DNA of 64,000 nucleotides from Escherichia virus TH47: sequence record MT446416.1; one strand, given 5' to 3'. Shown here piece after piece: positions 19,830 through 29,271 of the stretch (its first letter is position 1; each line of letters starts with the position of its first letter). The position numbers were made by a program, and so were the translations under genes. Below the pieces are notes generated by a model, which worked only from the letters and a program-made list of their open reading frames with translations, did no database searches and had not been told where the DNA came from.

Positions 19830-21794
19830 ATGAGTATAAATCGAATTAGAGGTGATGGTGGTGTAATTATAGATAGTCAGGCATTTCTAGAATTACCTAA
19901 AGCACCGACTAAAGAAACCGCTGATGTGGTTAGATCAGGGATGATTAGATACAATAAAGGATGGAAAGCATTTGAAGGTGTACTAGACTTTGAAGATGGT
20001 TCAATGGCATATCGACGTTTTGCAAACCTAGATGCGAACGGTAAACTTCTTACTTCCCAATTACCAGATTCAGTAACTAGTGGTTTACAATTTGTTGGTA
20101 CATATAATCCCATCCCAGATGATATCGATCCACCTTTAGCACAAACTCCACTACCAGCACCATCACCATCGCTTAATGGTGATTATTATGTCGTTCGTGG
20201 TATAATGGATGCCGCACAAGCACATTATGAAGCAAATAATCCACAAACAAGTCCTGTTACATTTACACCTACAAATCCAACTGGACAAGGTAATTGGATT
20301 GAAATTTTATATTATGTTGACTCTAATCCAAATATATCTGGTGCTAAACTAGTAACATACGCTTTTGCTAGAATTATTACTGCATCTATTCCCAGTACTG
20401 GACATGATGGCCTTGAAAATTTAGCAACAGATACTGACTTGACCAAACCATTTGCATCTGGTGTTCCAATGAACCAAACTGCACTTTCAGATGGCGATTG
20501 GATTATTATAACTGAAGATAAGAATATACGTCTTCGTCAGTCAAGAACAAGCATTTCCGCTGCTTCAGTATTATATGACAATACTGTAATGATTGCAAAT
20601 CATCGTCAATTTAGAACAAACGCAGGGACCGTTCAAACATCCATAGATAACGTTGTGATTGAGTGTTTACGTAGAACTGGCGATTCCATGTATAATGATG
20701 GAACAGACGGCTCTGGGCGTTTTGGGGTGGTGTATGGCAGTGCAGCAGCACCAGCATTGACATTTAATAATAATCCGTTTGACCCAACGAATAACCCAGG
20801 TAATGACCCAACTAAGTGGTCCGATGCTAATACTGGTATATTTCATCCATCCGATGACGCAATTGGGTTCAGCACTGCTGGCACAGAACGTGTTCGAATT
20901 AATAATGGAACACTAACATTATTCCAAACTACCGCTACACCAGCAGCTACGCCAGTAATACGTTTTGATAATGCATCAAACACAAACGTAGGGATAAGTG
21001 CAAGTAGTAATATTATTTCTTTAAGTTCAATGAATAAAGTTCAAGTTGAATTTAAAAATGGTGAATCACATTTTCATGGAAATATTATTGTAGATGGTTC
21101 AACATCACTAACTGGTGATTTAGACGCAGGTAACATCAATGCCAGCGGGAATTTAGTTGTTAAAGGTAATACAACACTAGGTGACACTACTGGTGACACT
21201 ATTACAGTTAATGGTGTTAGTACTTATAATGCAAATACTAATTTCAATGGAACTAATAACAAATTCAAAAACATAAACTTACTAGAGAATGGTGTATTCA
21301 CATTAGAAAGTACTACAAACCAAAGTGATATAAAACTACTTGGTGCAGACTTACGTTTCACTATGGGAAGTTATGCTGATGTAAGTATATATGATAACGG
21401 TGTTATTCGTACTCGTTTCAACCGATATGGTATTCAATTACCAGTACTGGCTACAATTGATAACTCGGTTGGTGTTGATGGTATGATTGCATACTCAAAT
21501 ACCGAACGTACATCGATGCAGAAGGTTCAAGGACAATGGGTTCCAATTGGTTCTGGTTCTGTTCGTACTGACCCGTTTGTTGCGTCAGCGTGGGTTTTAA
21601 ACGGCTCATATTACACATTAACAGTAACTGCTAGTAACATAGTAACTGCTGAAATTCAAGAACTCGTAAGTACTGGTGTTTACACTCGTGTTGAAGTTGA
21701 TAGTGTTACATTCAATGGAACAAGCGTAGTGTTCAGTATCCCTGCAACTCCTGATGTGAGATTTGCCGGACGTACACTGGTTACATTAAGATAA
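19830..21794 (+). CDS. tail fibre protein
   Basis: 654-aa ORF, GAGGAAA RBS; Asn/Thr/Gly-rich with fibre-type repeats; ends at bidirectional terminator. Confidence 0.55.
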   Translation: MSINRIRGDGGVIIDSQAFLELPKAPTKETADVVRSGMIRYNKGWKAFEGVLDFEDGSMAYRRFANLDANGKLLTSQLPDSVTSGLQFVGTYNPIPDDIDPPLAQTPLPAPSPSLNGDYYVVRGIMDAAQAHYEANNPQTSPVTFTPTNPTGQGNWIEILYYVDSNPNISGAKLVTYAFARIITASIPSTGHDGLENLATDTDLTKPFASGVPMNQTALSDGDWIIITEDKNIRLRQSRTSISAASVLYDNTVMIANHRQFRTNAGTVQTSIDNVVIECLRRTGDSMYNDGTDGSGRFGVVYGSAAAPALTFNNNPFDPTNNPGNDPTKWSDANTGIFHPSDDAIGFSTAGTERVRINNGTLTLFQTTATPAATPVIRFDNASNTNVGISASSNIISLSSMNKVQVEFKNGESHFHGNIIVDGSTSLTGDLDAGNINASGNLVVKGNTTLGDTTGDTITVNGVSTYNANTNFNGTNNKFKNINLLENGVFTLESTTNQSDIKLLGADLRFTMGSYADVSIYDNGVIRTRFNRYGIQLPVLATIDNSVGVDGMIAYSNTERTSMQKVQGQWVPIGSGSVRTDPFVASAWVLNGSYYTLTVTASNIVTAEIQELVSTGVYTRVEVDSVTFNGTSVVFSIPATPDVRFAGRTLVTLR

Positions 21795-21801
21795 TAAAAA
21801 A

Positions 21802-21828
21802 GGGAGACATAAGTCTCCCTTTTCTTTT
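21802..21828. terminator. bidirectional rho-independent terminator
   Basis: stem GGGAGAC/GTCTCCC flanked by A-run and T-run between convergent fibre and thymidylate synthase genes. Confidence 0.65.
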
Positions 21829-22756
21829 ATACAGCCATTGGTGCTTTGATTGTTGGCATTGGATCGTAATTAACTAATTTGAAAGAATCCATAGTGAAAT
21901 CTTCAATATCAGTAATAGTAGGATCTAACCATAATTCTGGTAATGTACGTGGTTCACGTTGGAGTTGCTCTTTTACTTGTTCAATATGGTTTTGATAGAT
22001 ATGGCAGTCGCCACCATTCCAAATAAATTCACCAACATCTAACCCAGTAATTTGTGCAATCATATGAGTTAGTAGTGAGTAACTACTAATGTTAAATGGT
22101 ACACCAAGGAATAAATCAGCACTGCGTTGATGAAGAATACAACTTAGTTTACCCTGTACAACACAAAACTGCACAAAGCTATGACAGGGTGGCAAAGTCA
22201 TAGCATCAAGCTCACCAACGTTCCATGCACTTAGAATGTGACGACGACCGTATGGATCAGTATTGATACCTTCAATAACTTGTTTTAGCTGGTCAGTTAC
22301 ACGACGCATAATAACACCATGTGAACCAGTATAATCAATAACTTTATACCCTTTATCTTTTAGTTCTTGAATTTCTTCAGTACTGGAACTGAATTTATAA
22401 TCTTCCCATTCACGCCATTGTTTACCATAAACTGGGCCAAGCTCACCATCAGAATACCCAAGGCTTACACCTTGATTAAGGTAGTTGTCTGTCCAAATTG
22501 TTTTCTTTTCTACATCACGTGTCCCGTGTAAAATTTCACACAGACGACGCTCATCGTGAGAACCTTCAATAAACCATAACAATTCTGAAGTCATTGCTTT
22601 CCAAGCCAAACGTTTAGTAGTTACTGCTGGGAAACCTTCTTTTAGGTCAAAACGCATTTGTTGTCCGATTAGCTTGATAGTGCCAACACCAGTACGATCA
22701 ACGCTTTCGACACCTTGATCCAGAATTCTTTGATATAGTTCTTGTAGTTGTTTCAT
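21827..22756 (-). CDS. thyA: thymidylate synthase (ThyA/T4 td type)
   Basis: motifs RTGVGT, FPAVTTKRLAWK, ELGPVYGKQWR, ILSAWN, LPPCH, SADLFLGVPFNISSY and C-terminal PMAV; no intron interruption. Confidence 0.9.
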   Translation of the reverse strand: MKQLQELYQRILDQGVESVDRTGVGTIKLIGQQMRFDLKEGFPAVTTKRLAWKAMTSELLWFIEGSHDERRLCEILHGTRDVEKKTIWTDNYLNQGVSLGYSDGELGPVYGKQWREWEDYKFSSSTEEIQELKDKGYKVIDYTGSHGVIMRRVTDQLKQVIEGINTDPYGRRHILSAWNVGELDAMTLPPCHSFVQFCVVQGKLSCILHQRSADLFLGVPFNISSYSLLTHMIAQITGLDVGEFIWNGGDCHIYQNHIEQVKEQLQREPRTLPELWLDPTITDIEDFTMDSFKLVNYDPMPTIKAPMAV

Positions 22757-23349
22757 TTTACGTCCTTGAAAAATGTAATAAAGTGTTCCATGTGTTTTTG
22801 TGTAGCATTACGTGAACCAATCCCAGTCCAGTTACCGTGTGGTGCTGGTATTGAGAATGTTTCAGTAAACTCTTTCAGTACTGTATCATAATAAAATACA
22901 GAGCGAGTGTTCATATCATAACAATATATTTCTGGATTATCAACTGAATCCATATACATCTGTACTGCCCATGCAGTTCCACCTGAAACTTGCGTAGGTG
23001 ATGTAATATTTGCAATACAATATACTCTTTTAGTATTAAGTATCTGATAACTATTTCTTGCAAGTAATTTATATACATACGAACCGGGCTTCGGAACTGT
23101 TCGGCGTAAAGAGTAACATGCAATGTTTAATTGTTTTAATATTGAACTATCACAAAGGATATTGGATGGAATTTCTAATATAGTATTTTCATCTACGCTG
23201 CTTTGGTGACCCTTGAATGAAAAATTTATTACTTCAAATCCATTGTCTTTTGCATAGATAGAAAAAAGGCGGTCAGCACCTGCTGCCCCGCCACTGAAAC
23301 ATACATTAGATAAACCATTGATTGCTTCATCTAATTCTATTTTATTCAT
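22753..23349 (-). CDS. Rossmann-like SLOG/DprA- or nucleoside deoxyribosyltransferase-like protein
   Basis: N-terminal glycine-rich loop CFSGGAAGADRL; translationally coupled to thymidylate synthase (ATGA overlap); family assignment tentative. Confidence 0.4.
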   Translation of the reverse strand: MNKIELDEAINGLSNVCFSGGAAGADRLFSIYAKDNGFEVINFSFKGHQSSVDENTILEIPSNILCDSSILKQLNIACYSLRRTVPKPGSYVYKLLARNSYQILNTKRVYCIANITSPTQVSGGTAWAVQMYMDSVDNPEIYCYDMNTRSVFYYDTVLKEFTETFSIPAPHGNWTGIGSRNATQKHMEHFITFFKDVK

Positions 23350-23354
23350 TTATA

Positions 23355-24008
23355 TTATTTTGCTTTACGTTCTGCAAATGCCTGTTTAACTTTCTCAATT
23401 GCTTTGGTTTGTGAAATTCCTTCTGGGATTTCAATATAGAAAGTTTTGCTATCAGGTGCTACAGGTGTTGCTTGAACTTGTGGACGTAGAGATGGTTCTA
23501 AGTTGTAAGCACGTTCAAAGTGCTCTTTAGCCAACTGCTCATAACGTTGTGCATCTTTAAGTAGTTGCTCAACAATGGTAGCTTCTTCAACAGAAGTATC
23601 AACTTCTTGTGGCTTGAATGGGTTGTATTCTTTAACTTTACCATCTTCATGTTTTTTAGTATCATTATCATTGATTGCGTTGTTTAGAACATCAAGAGAA
23701 ATCTTACTGTTTCCGCCAACATGCATATCAATATCACAAGTACGTGCACGACGCAAATGTTGTAGATTATGAAGAACATCTAGCATTTTGCGACCGTCTA
23801 GATGACCAATCTTATGCATAACTTCCCACAAATCTACATTCGATTGACCTTGATTCATTACTAAATCTGCAACAGATTGAGCATATGCTTCAGGAAGTGA
23901 GTCGCGATAAACAATGAGACAATGTTCTGGATCATCAGGGAGTGAACGCCATACCACAAATACTCGTGAACCCGTATTACGTACTACACCAACGTGACGA
24001 ATAGCCAT
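23355..24008 (-). CDS. hypothetical protein
   Basis: 217-aa ORF with strong RBS AAAGGAGAA; no motif recognised. Confidence 0.55.
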   Translation of the reverse strand: MAIRHVGVVRNTGSRVFVVWRSLPDDPEHCLIVYRDSLPEAYAQSVADLVMNQGQSNVDLWEVMHKIGHLDGRKMLDVLHNLQHLRRARTCDIDMHVGGNSKISLDVLNNAINDNDTKKHEDGKVKEYNPFKPQEVDTSVEEATIVEQLLKDAQRYEQLAKEHFERAYNLEPSLRPQVQATPVAPDSKTFYIEIPEGISQTKAIEKVKQAFAERKAK

Positions 24009-24010
24009 TA

Positions 24011-24241
24011 TTATTCTCCTTTATTTTGTTCAGCAGCAGCTTGTGCAGCATCAGCTTCTTCTTGTGCTTTGATATCTTCGAGTGCAGAGTTAGCAAACTC
24101 AACAAACTTAGATACGACTGGAGCAACATCAACAAGTTCTTCGACTTTAAATGAATTACGAGCAACAGCAGCTTCCATGATTTTAGCAGCGTTGATTAGG
24201 TCGATTAGGGTTAGTTGAATTTTTTCTGGTTCTTGTTCCAT
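24011..24241 (-). CDS. small acidic hypothetical protein
   Basis: start chosen at ATG with GGAGAG RBS (track ORF extends to 24340 across an extended -10 element at about 24272). Confidence 0.45.
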   Translation of the reverse strand: MEQEPEKIQLTLIDLINAAKIMEAAVARNSFKVEELVDVAPVVSKFVEFANSALEDIKAQEEADAAQAAAEQNKGE

Positions 24242-24350
24242 TTTAATACTCTCCATGTATGTTGTTACAAATATAATTATATCACCTTTTTCCAAGCTGT
24301 CCCGCTGAAAAAAGTAGAGAACGGAATTTTCCGTTCTCATTATTTAGTAC

Positions 24351-25760
24351 TTAGCTACGTTGACGCTTTTTGTCAGCTTCATATTCGTAGTGTACAGTTT
24401 CGCCAAATGGTGCTTGTTTGTTAGGATTACTGTGGATAACAAACAGTGTCTTACAGTAATCAGGATCACCCCATGACTGCCACGGCTCACCATCGGTAAA
24501 CATAATAAGCTGTTTAGGCTTATAGTTGTCATGCTTCATATGAACCCATACTGCTTCAAAGTCAGTACCACCACCACCTTTCACTGGATATTCGAGAATC
24601 TTACTCTCTTCACCAGTTTTGTAATCTTTAACAGTATAAACTTCAGTATCGAACGTCATGATACGGATTTTAAATTGTTTAAACTGCTTAGTGATACCCA
24701 GTACTTCACTGATGAAATCACGGAGCATATCTTCAGAGATAGAACCGGATGCATCTAGTGCAATTGCAATATCAATATCATCATCTGGTTTCATGCCTGG
24801 GAAGATTGGATTCCCGTAGAATGAACCAGTACTACCAAAACCAGCACCCCATGAACGACGATTAGGACTTTGATAAGTTGCGTCAGACTTCAACCAGCTA
24901 CGCAGTGTGCGGTGAAGTTTGGAACGCCAGTCAATCTTAGGTTCTTTGAAGTTGTTAATCATACGTGCGATTTCAGCAGGAGTACCACCTGCACGAGCAG
25001 CATTCATCATTGCTGTTTTGAAATCATCCATATAATCACGTTTTTGTTTATCACTTGAACCACCTTCTTGACCTTCTTGTGGAACGTCATGCTGGTCGAT
25101 TGTTGTACCTTTGCCTTTACCATCTTTGATATCACCAAAAGTACCGCGTGATTTACCTTCACCCTCACCACTACCAGCCTGTGGATTTCCTTCACCTTCC
25201 CCGTCTTGATCCTGTTTATCTTCTTCTTCGAGAATGTTATAAATCTCTTCAGCAGTCATACCATCGTACTTTTTATCGTACAGCCATTGGCTTTGGATTT
25301 TACCAATTTTATCACGAACAAGAATCTGGTTAATTGCATAGTCAGCAGCACGGTTATAACGCTGCGGGTCACGCATACCACGACGCAAGAAGTGGTCATA
25401 TGCACAGTGAAGAATCTCATGACAGATAACTGCAATCAGGTTTTCATCAGTCAAACCTTCTGTCATTTCTTTAAGTTGTTCTTCAGTTACTTCAGGATGT
25501 TTCTCACGAATTGCTTCTTCGTATGCGGACTTTTTGGATTGGTCCTGAATACCCATGATGAATTCTACGTTGTAGAATAAATGCTTACCATCTACTGCCA
25601 AAGTACGACACCATGTATTGTTTGCAACTGGACGCAGACGAGAAGCCAGTACACCAAAGAATGGGAATGTTAGCATTAAAGATGTGCGAGCTAAGATCAG
25701 ACGATCTTGACATTCTTTCTGGAGAGCCGGAGTAACATCACTGAAACGTTTATCTGACAT
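24351..25760 (-). CDS. vWA-domain protein with N-terminal HExxH metallopeptidase-like domain (CobT-like)
   Basis: HEILHCAYDH (HExxH) plus MIDAS DASGS in DIDIAIALDASGSISEDM; GAGGAAA RBS; directly downstream of the AAA5 ATPase. Confidence 0.75.
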   Translation of the reverse strand: MSDKRFSDVTPALQKECQDRLILARTSLMLTFPFFGVLASRLRPVANNTWCRTLAVDGKHLFYNVEFIMGIQDQSKKSAYEEAIREKHPEVTEEQLKEMTEGLTDENLIAVICHEILHCAYDHFLRRGMRDPQRYNRAADYAINQILVRDKIGKIQSQWLYDKKYDGMTAEEIYNILEEEDKQDQDGEGEGNPQAGSGEGEGKSRGTFGDIKDGKGKGTTIDQHDVPQEGQEGGSSDKQKRDYMDDFKTAMMNAARAGGTPAEIARMINNFKEPKIDWRSKLHRTLRSWLKSDATYQSPNRRSWGAGFGSTGSFYGNPIFPGMKPDDDIDIAIALDASGSISEDMLRDFISEVLGITKQFKQFKIRIMTFDTEVYTVKDYKTGEESKILEYPVKGGGGTDFEAVWVHMKHDNYKPKQLIMFTDGEPWQSWGDPDYCKTLFVIHSNPNKQAPFGETVHYEYEADKKRQRS

Positions 25761-25835
25761 TTGTATTTCCTCGTTTAGTTAAGATAAAAGAAGGATACCA
25801 TGTGGTATCCTCCTTGTCAACACTCTTTTTAATTA

Positions 25836-27164
25836 TTAACCAAGAGAGCGTGCTTTACGTACTAGGTCAGAGTACTTCATAACGAAGTCTTTAAACGCTG
25901 GTACATCTTTAATCGTAATCGCTACTTTATGAAGCGTGATGGTACGAATCGCCAGTACTGCCAGTTCTGCTTGAGTTGCAGAGAAGTTATGGTCTAGGAA
26001 GGTGATGAAGTTGTTGCACAGCTTACCCCAATCTTCCACTGGTAGACGTTGTTCTTGCTTCTCATTGTAGAGGTCGATAATTTTGTAAACCAGATTCAGA
26101 GTGATGAAGTAGTTCGCGGAAATATCAAGCGAAGCATCAATCTCTTTAATCTCACCCTGTAGGATGGACATGGTATCTGGTAGTTTAGCTACGTTATCAA
26201 CATACTCGATGTATTCAGTTGCTACGCCTTCACCAACACGACCTGCAATCATCGCACGGAACACTTCTTTATCAATGTTCTTAACTTTCTTCAGATCTTC
26301 GTAGCGTGCTACTGCTTCCCATGAACGTGGAGAAGTACCACCACAGTGAGAAGGATCTTGTGGGCTAAGGGTGTTGAAGTGTTTAGCACCAGTGTTGTTG
26401 ATGAACGCAACAGTTGCTGGGTTCAAACGCTTGCCAATCGCATAATCGTTAATCCAATCTTGATGATAAGGAATCATTTCGATGTGGGTCATACGGTCAC
26501 GCAGTGGTGTAGCTAGAGAGAACGTTACACCGCCATCAGTTTCACGGTTACCTGCTGCGAGAATCAGTGCAGTCTTAGGTAGCTTCATCTCACCAACACA
26601 ACGGTCGAGGATTAGCTGGTAAGACGCTGCCTGTACAATCGGCATTGCAGAGTTGATTTCGTCAAACAGGATAACACCTTTCCAATCATCGGGCAATTTC
26701 AGTACTTTTGGTGCTGCCCACACAACTGCTGTTTCAGCGATGTAATCTTGTGCACTAGCCAGTTCAGATTCAATCAGTTGCTTACCATCCATATCAAGGA
26801 ACACTTTCTCTGGAACTGGAATACCACGAAGGTCACTTGGTTCAATCTGAGACAAACGGAAATCGATAAAGTTAGTGTCTTGGTCGATTAGTTTGGCTTC
26901 AAACGCTGCCAGTTCACGGCGAAGTTGATCGGCATTTTCAGTATCAGCTTCGATTTGTTGTTTCATGAACTCAATTTTTGCCACGTTATCTTTACGCAGT
27001 GGGTAGTTCTCATCAGCGTATTGACGTGCGATAGCAGATTTACCGATACCAGGGCTACCCCAAATCATCAGGCTATCTTGAATCATGTCAGCCAGTGCCA
27101 TTGCTTCTTTAGCTTTCTTAGGAGTCAGTTTTACGTTCAGGATATCGTTGTTTTGAGTAGACAT
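25836..27164 (-). CDS. MoxR/CobS-type AAA+ ATPase (AAA_5 family)
   Basis: Walker A GSPGIGKS, Walker B ILFDEINSA; AAGGAAA RBS. Confidence 0.8.
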   Translation of the reverse strand: MSTQNNDILNVKLTPKKAKEAMALADMIQDSLMIWGSPGIGKSAIARQYADENYPLRKDNVAKIEFMKQQIEADTENADQLRRELAAFEAKLIDQDTNFIDFRLSQIEPSDLRGIPVPEKVFLDMDGKQLIESELASAQDYIAETAVVWAAPKVLKLPDDWKGVILFDEINSAMPIVQAASYQLILDRCVGEMKLPKTALILAAGNRETDGGVTFSLATPLRDRMTHIEMIPYHQDWINDYAIGKRLNPATVAFINNTGAKHFNTLSPQDPSHCGGTSPRSWEAVARYEDLKKVKNIDKEVFRAMIAGRVGEGVATEYIEYVDNVAKLPDTMSILQGEIKEIDASLDISANYFITLNLVYKIIDLYNEKQEQRLPVEDWGKLCNNFITFLDHNFSATQAELAVLAIRTITLHKVAITIKDVPAFKDFVMKYSDLVRKARSLG

Positions 27165-27230
27165 GTATATTTTCCTTTTGTTGGATAAAATCGTTTAGGT
27201 TTCTATTATAGCCAATCCGTGGGCAAAAGT

Positions 27231-27273
27231 AAAGGAACTGTGTTAAAAGAATTTTTAACTTATCAGTTCCTTT
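27231..27273 (-). promoter_or_regulatory. extended palindromic hairpin in the 5' leader of the AAA5 ATPase operon
   Basis: perfect 10-bp stem AAAGGAACTG/CAGTTCCTTT enclosing an inner 7-bp palindrome GTTAAAA/TTTTAAC; lies between the promoters and the start codon. Confidence 0.5.
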
Positions 27274-27335
27274 GTTACTTCATGAATCATCCGTGTATTT
27301 AAAAAGGCATTTCTCTTTGCCGTCTTGATGTGGTC

Positions 27336-27363
27336 ATTATATCACATCGTTCAGGCTTGTCAA
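27336..27363 (-). promoter_or_regulatory. sigma70 consensus promoter, proximal copy (TTGACA-N16-TGaTATAAT)
   Basis: exact -35 and extended -10 with 16-nt spacer and A-rich UP-like tract upstream on the minus strand. Confidence 0.65.
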
Positions 27364-27429
27364 CAACTTTTTTTTATTTCTTTTTCAATCTCACATCTTG
27401 TGATTTTGAAAACTTGCTTCGTGGTGGTC

Positions 27430-27457
27430 ATTATATCACATCATTCGGCGTTGTCAA
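27430..27457 (-). promoter_or_regulatory. sigma70 consensus promoter, distal tandem copy
   Basis: second copy of the same CATTATATCACAT-N8-TTGTCAACA module 94 nt upstream of the first. Confidence 0.65.
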
Positions 27458-27484
27458 CATCTTTTTTTTTCTTTATTTTCGAAG

Positions 27485-27862
27485 CTACATGTGCATCGAA
27501 ATTAACATTCTAAAATCATCACCACACAATGTTAACTCTGTAACTATCATTGCGTCAGAGAGGTATATGTACTGCCCTTCAACATAGTAGGGTGAAGTAC
27601 ATATCCTATCAAGCGATGTAAAGATTATAGAACTTTTGAACTCTCTTTGCAAGGGGATTTTTGTAAATTCGTAAAGAATGTTTTCTTTACAAATTGTATA
27701 TCCAAACTTGCTAAGTCTTAAACCACCGCCAGTTCTGAAATTTTCAAAAATTGACATCAGAAGCATACGGTCTGTTAATTCAGCGTCTGATCCATGTACT
27801 TCTCTAACTTTTAAAAGTACATCGTTTTGAAATTCAGTACTGTTGTGTGGTTCAGGGATCAT
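27485..27862 (-). CDS. hypothetical protein
   Basis: 125-aa ORF, ATG start overlapping upstream stop. Confidence 0.5.
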   Translation of the reverse strand: MIPEPHNSTEFQNDVLLKVREVHGSDAELTDRMLLMSIFENFRTGGGLRLSKFGYTICKENILYEFTKIPLQREFKSSIIFTSLDRICTSPYYVEGQYIYLSDAMIVTELTLCGDDFRMLISMHM

Positions 27863-27865
27863 ATA

Positions 27866-28258
27866 TTACATCCCCACAAAACCCTGTCTTGCTGCATATG
27901 AAGGAGCATCTTTAACTTTATAGTCTTGGACACCATCTTTACCAATTTTCGGACCCATATCTTTGGTTCCGAAGCAGCAATCAGTGGATTCATCAACTTC
28001 TTCAGTACTTTCATCATTATATCGAACATCCGATAAAATGTCACACGCTTTTTGAAGCTTTTCTACGATTTCTTTTTGATCTTCACCTGATTTAACCTTA
28101 TCCACAATGTGGATAAGGCATTCGGTGATATCTTTAAGTAAATCGGTGGCTACAGCATCAGAAGGAGTCTCAACTGCAAAACTTTCTTCTTCAGTAGATT
28201 CTTCACTAGAAGTGATTTCATCTAATGCTTCAACCAATTCACGATAATTATATCCCAT
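27866..28258 (-). CDS. hypothetical acidic protein
   Basis: 130-aa ORF in tight operon packing. Confidence 0.5.
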   Translation of the reverse strand: MGYNYRELVEALDEITSSEESTEEESFAVETPSDAVATDLLKDITECLIHIVDKVKSGEDQKEIVEKLQKACDILSDVRYNDESTEEVDESTDCCFGTKDMGPKIGKDGVQDYKVKDAPSYAARQGFVGM

Positions 28259-28259
28259 C

Positions 28260-29249
28260 TTATTTGTCCCCTAGAAATTGTTGATATTTCTTCTGGAGAC
28301 TTTCGAAAATGTCTTCGACTTCTTCATCGCTTTCATCTTCTAGTTCTTCGTTACCTTCCACGGACTCATCACTCTCATTAACATTGAGTGGGTTGTCACC
28401 TAGAGCAGTACCTGGAAACTTAGGTTCAAATTTGTGAACACGGTTCTCGTTACCGTCATTGTCATAGTACTCTGGTTCAGGACGATTGTCAACATCTTCA
28501 TCAACGACACGTCTCCAGTAGAACTTGTTACCCTTGGTAATAACAACAAAGTGGTCACCTTCTACACCATTAGTTTTAGCTTGACCGTCACGAACGGCAT
28601 CAGCTTCAGTGTTGTAAGGTCCAAAATCAGTACTGTCACCTTGTTCTTCATCTTCAGAGATGGTTAGGTCTGGTAGGAAAGTGTTTTCTTCAACTTTAAC
28701 TTCAGTATCTGGGTTACCTTCTACTGAATATTCATCTTCTGGTTCGTCTTGAAGACCAGCTAGAGATAGCATACGACTGAAATCGAATTCTTCTTCGATG
28801 ATTTCTTCTTCTTCCTCTTCTTCAACTGATTCTAGTTGAGGTTGACCGGAAAGATCTAAAGAAAACTCTTCTTCATCTGCAACCCCAGGCTCTTCGAACT
28901 CTGCATCCATACTTACTTCTTCAGAATCACCACCAAAATCACCAGCTTCAGCAGATAGTGAGTCAGCAGCTACTTCCAATGGGTCTTCAACTGGTGCATC
29001 AATCGCACCATCCATTGCACCACCAACTTCTTCTTCAGCACCAGCACCAATGGAATCCATGTCGAGTGGAGCGATTGGTGGTAGAGAAGGGGTCATAGAC
29101 CCCATAGAAGGAACTGGAGCAGCAACAGGAGAAGCTTGACGCTCTGCTTGACCAGCTAATGCAAGCATACGAGATAGTGTTTCTAGATCTTCAGATTCTA
29201 GACCTGCGATATCGATTTTAACTTGTGCTTCATTAATTTTTTTAGCCAT
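28260..29249 (-). CDS. highly acidic low-complexity protein (scaffold/internal-protein-like)
   Basis: 329 aa with long Glu/Asp-rich tracts; AAGGA RBS; function inferred only from composition and position. Confidence 0.5.
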   Translation of the reverse strand: MAKKINEAQVKIDIAGLESEDLETLSRMLALAGQAERQASPVAAPVPSMGSMTPSLPPIAPLDMDSIGAGAEEEVGGAMDGAIDAPVEDPLEVAADSLSAEAGDFGGDSEEVSMDAEFEEPGVADEEEFSLDLSGQPQLESVEEEEEEEIIEEEFDFSRMLSLAGLQDEPEDEYSVEGNPDTEVKVEENTFLPDLTISEDEEQGDSTDFGPYNTEADAVRDGQAKTNGVEGDHFVVITKGNKFYWRRVVDEDVDNRPEPEYYDNDGNENRVHKFEPKFPGTALGDNPLNVNESDESVEGNEELEDESDEEVEDIFESLQKKYQQFLGDK

Positions 29250-29271
29250 TTTAAATAAATCCTTTTAGTTA

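Noticed and set aside
21827-22756. Possible group I intron in thymidylate synthase, as in T4 td
   Set aside because: The reading frame is continuous and all conserved thymidylate synthase motifs are collinear; the extra ~30 residues are an in-frame protein insertion, not an intron.
24531-27188. Short + strand ORFs (60-124 aa) within the vWA and AAA5 ATPase genes
   Set aside because: Embedded antisense in genes with strong domain signatures; typical AT-rich spurious frames.
27859-28044. 61-aa minus-strand ORF overlapping the 27866-28258 gene in another frame
   Set aside because: Completely nested out of frame within a better-supported gene.
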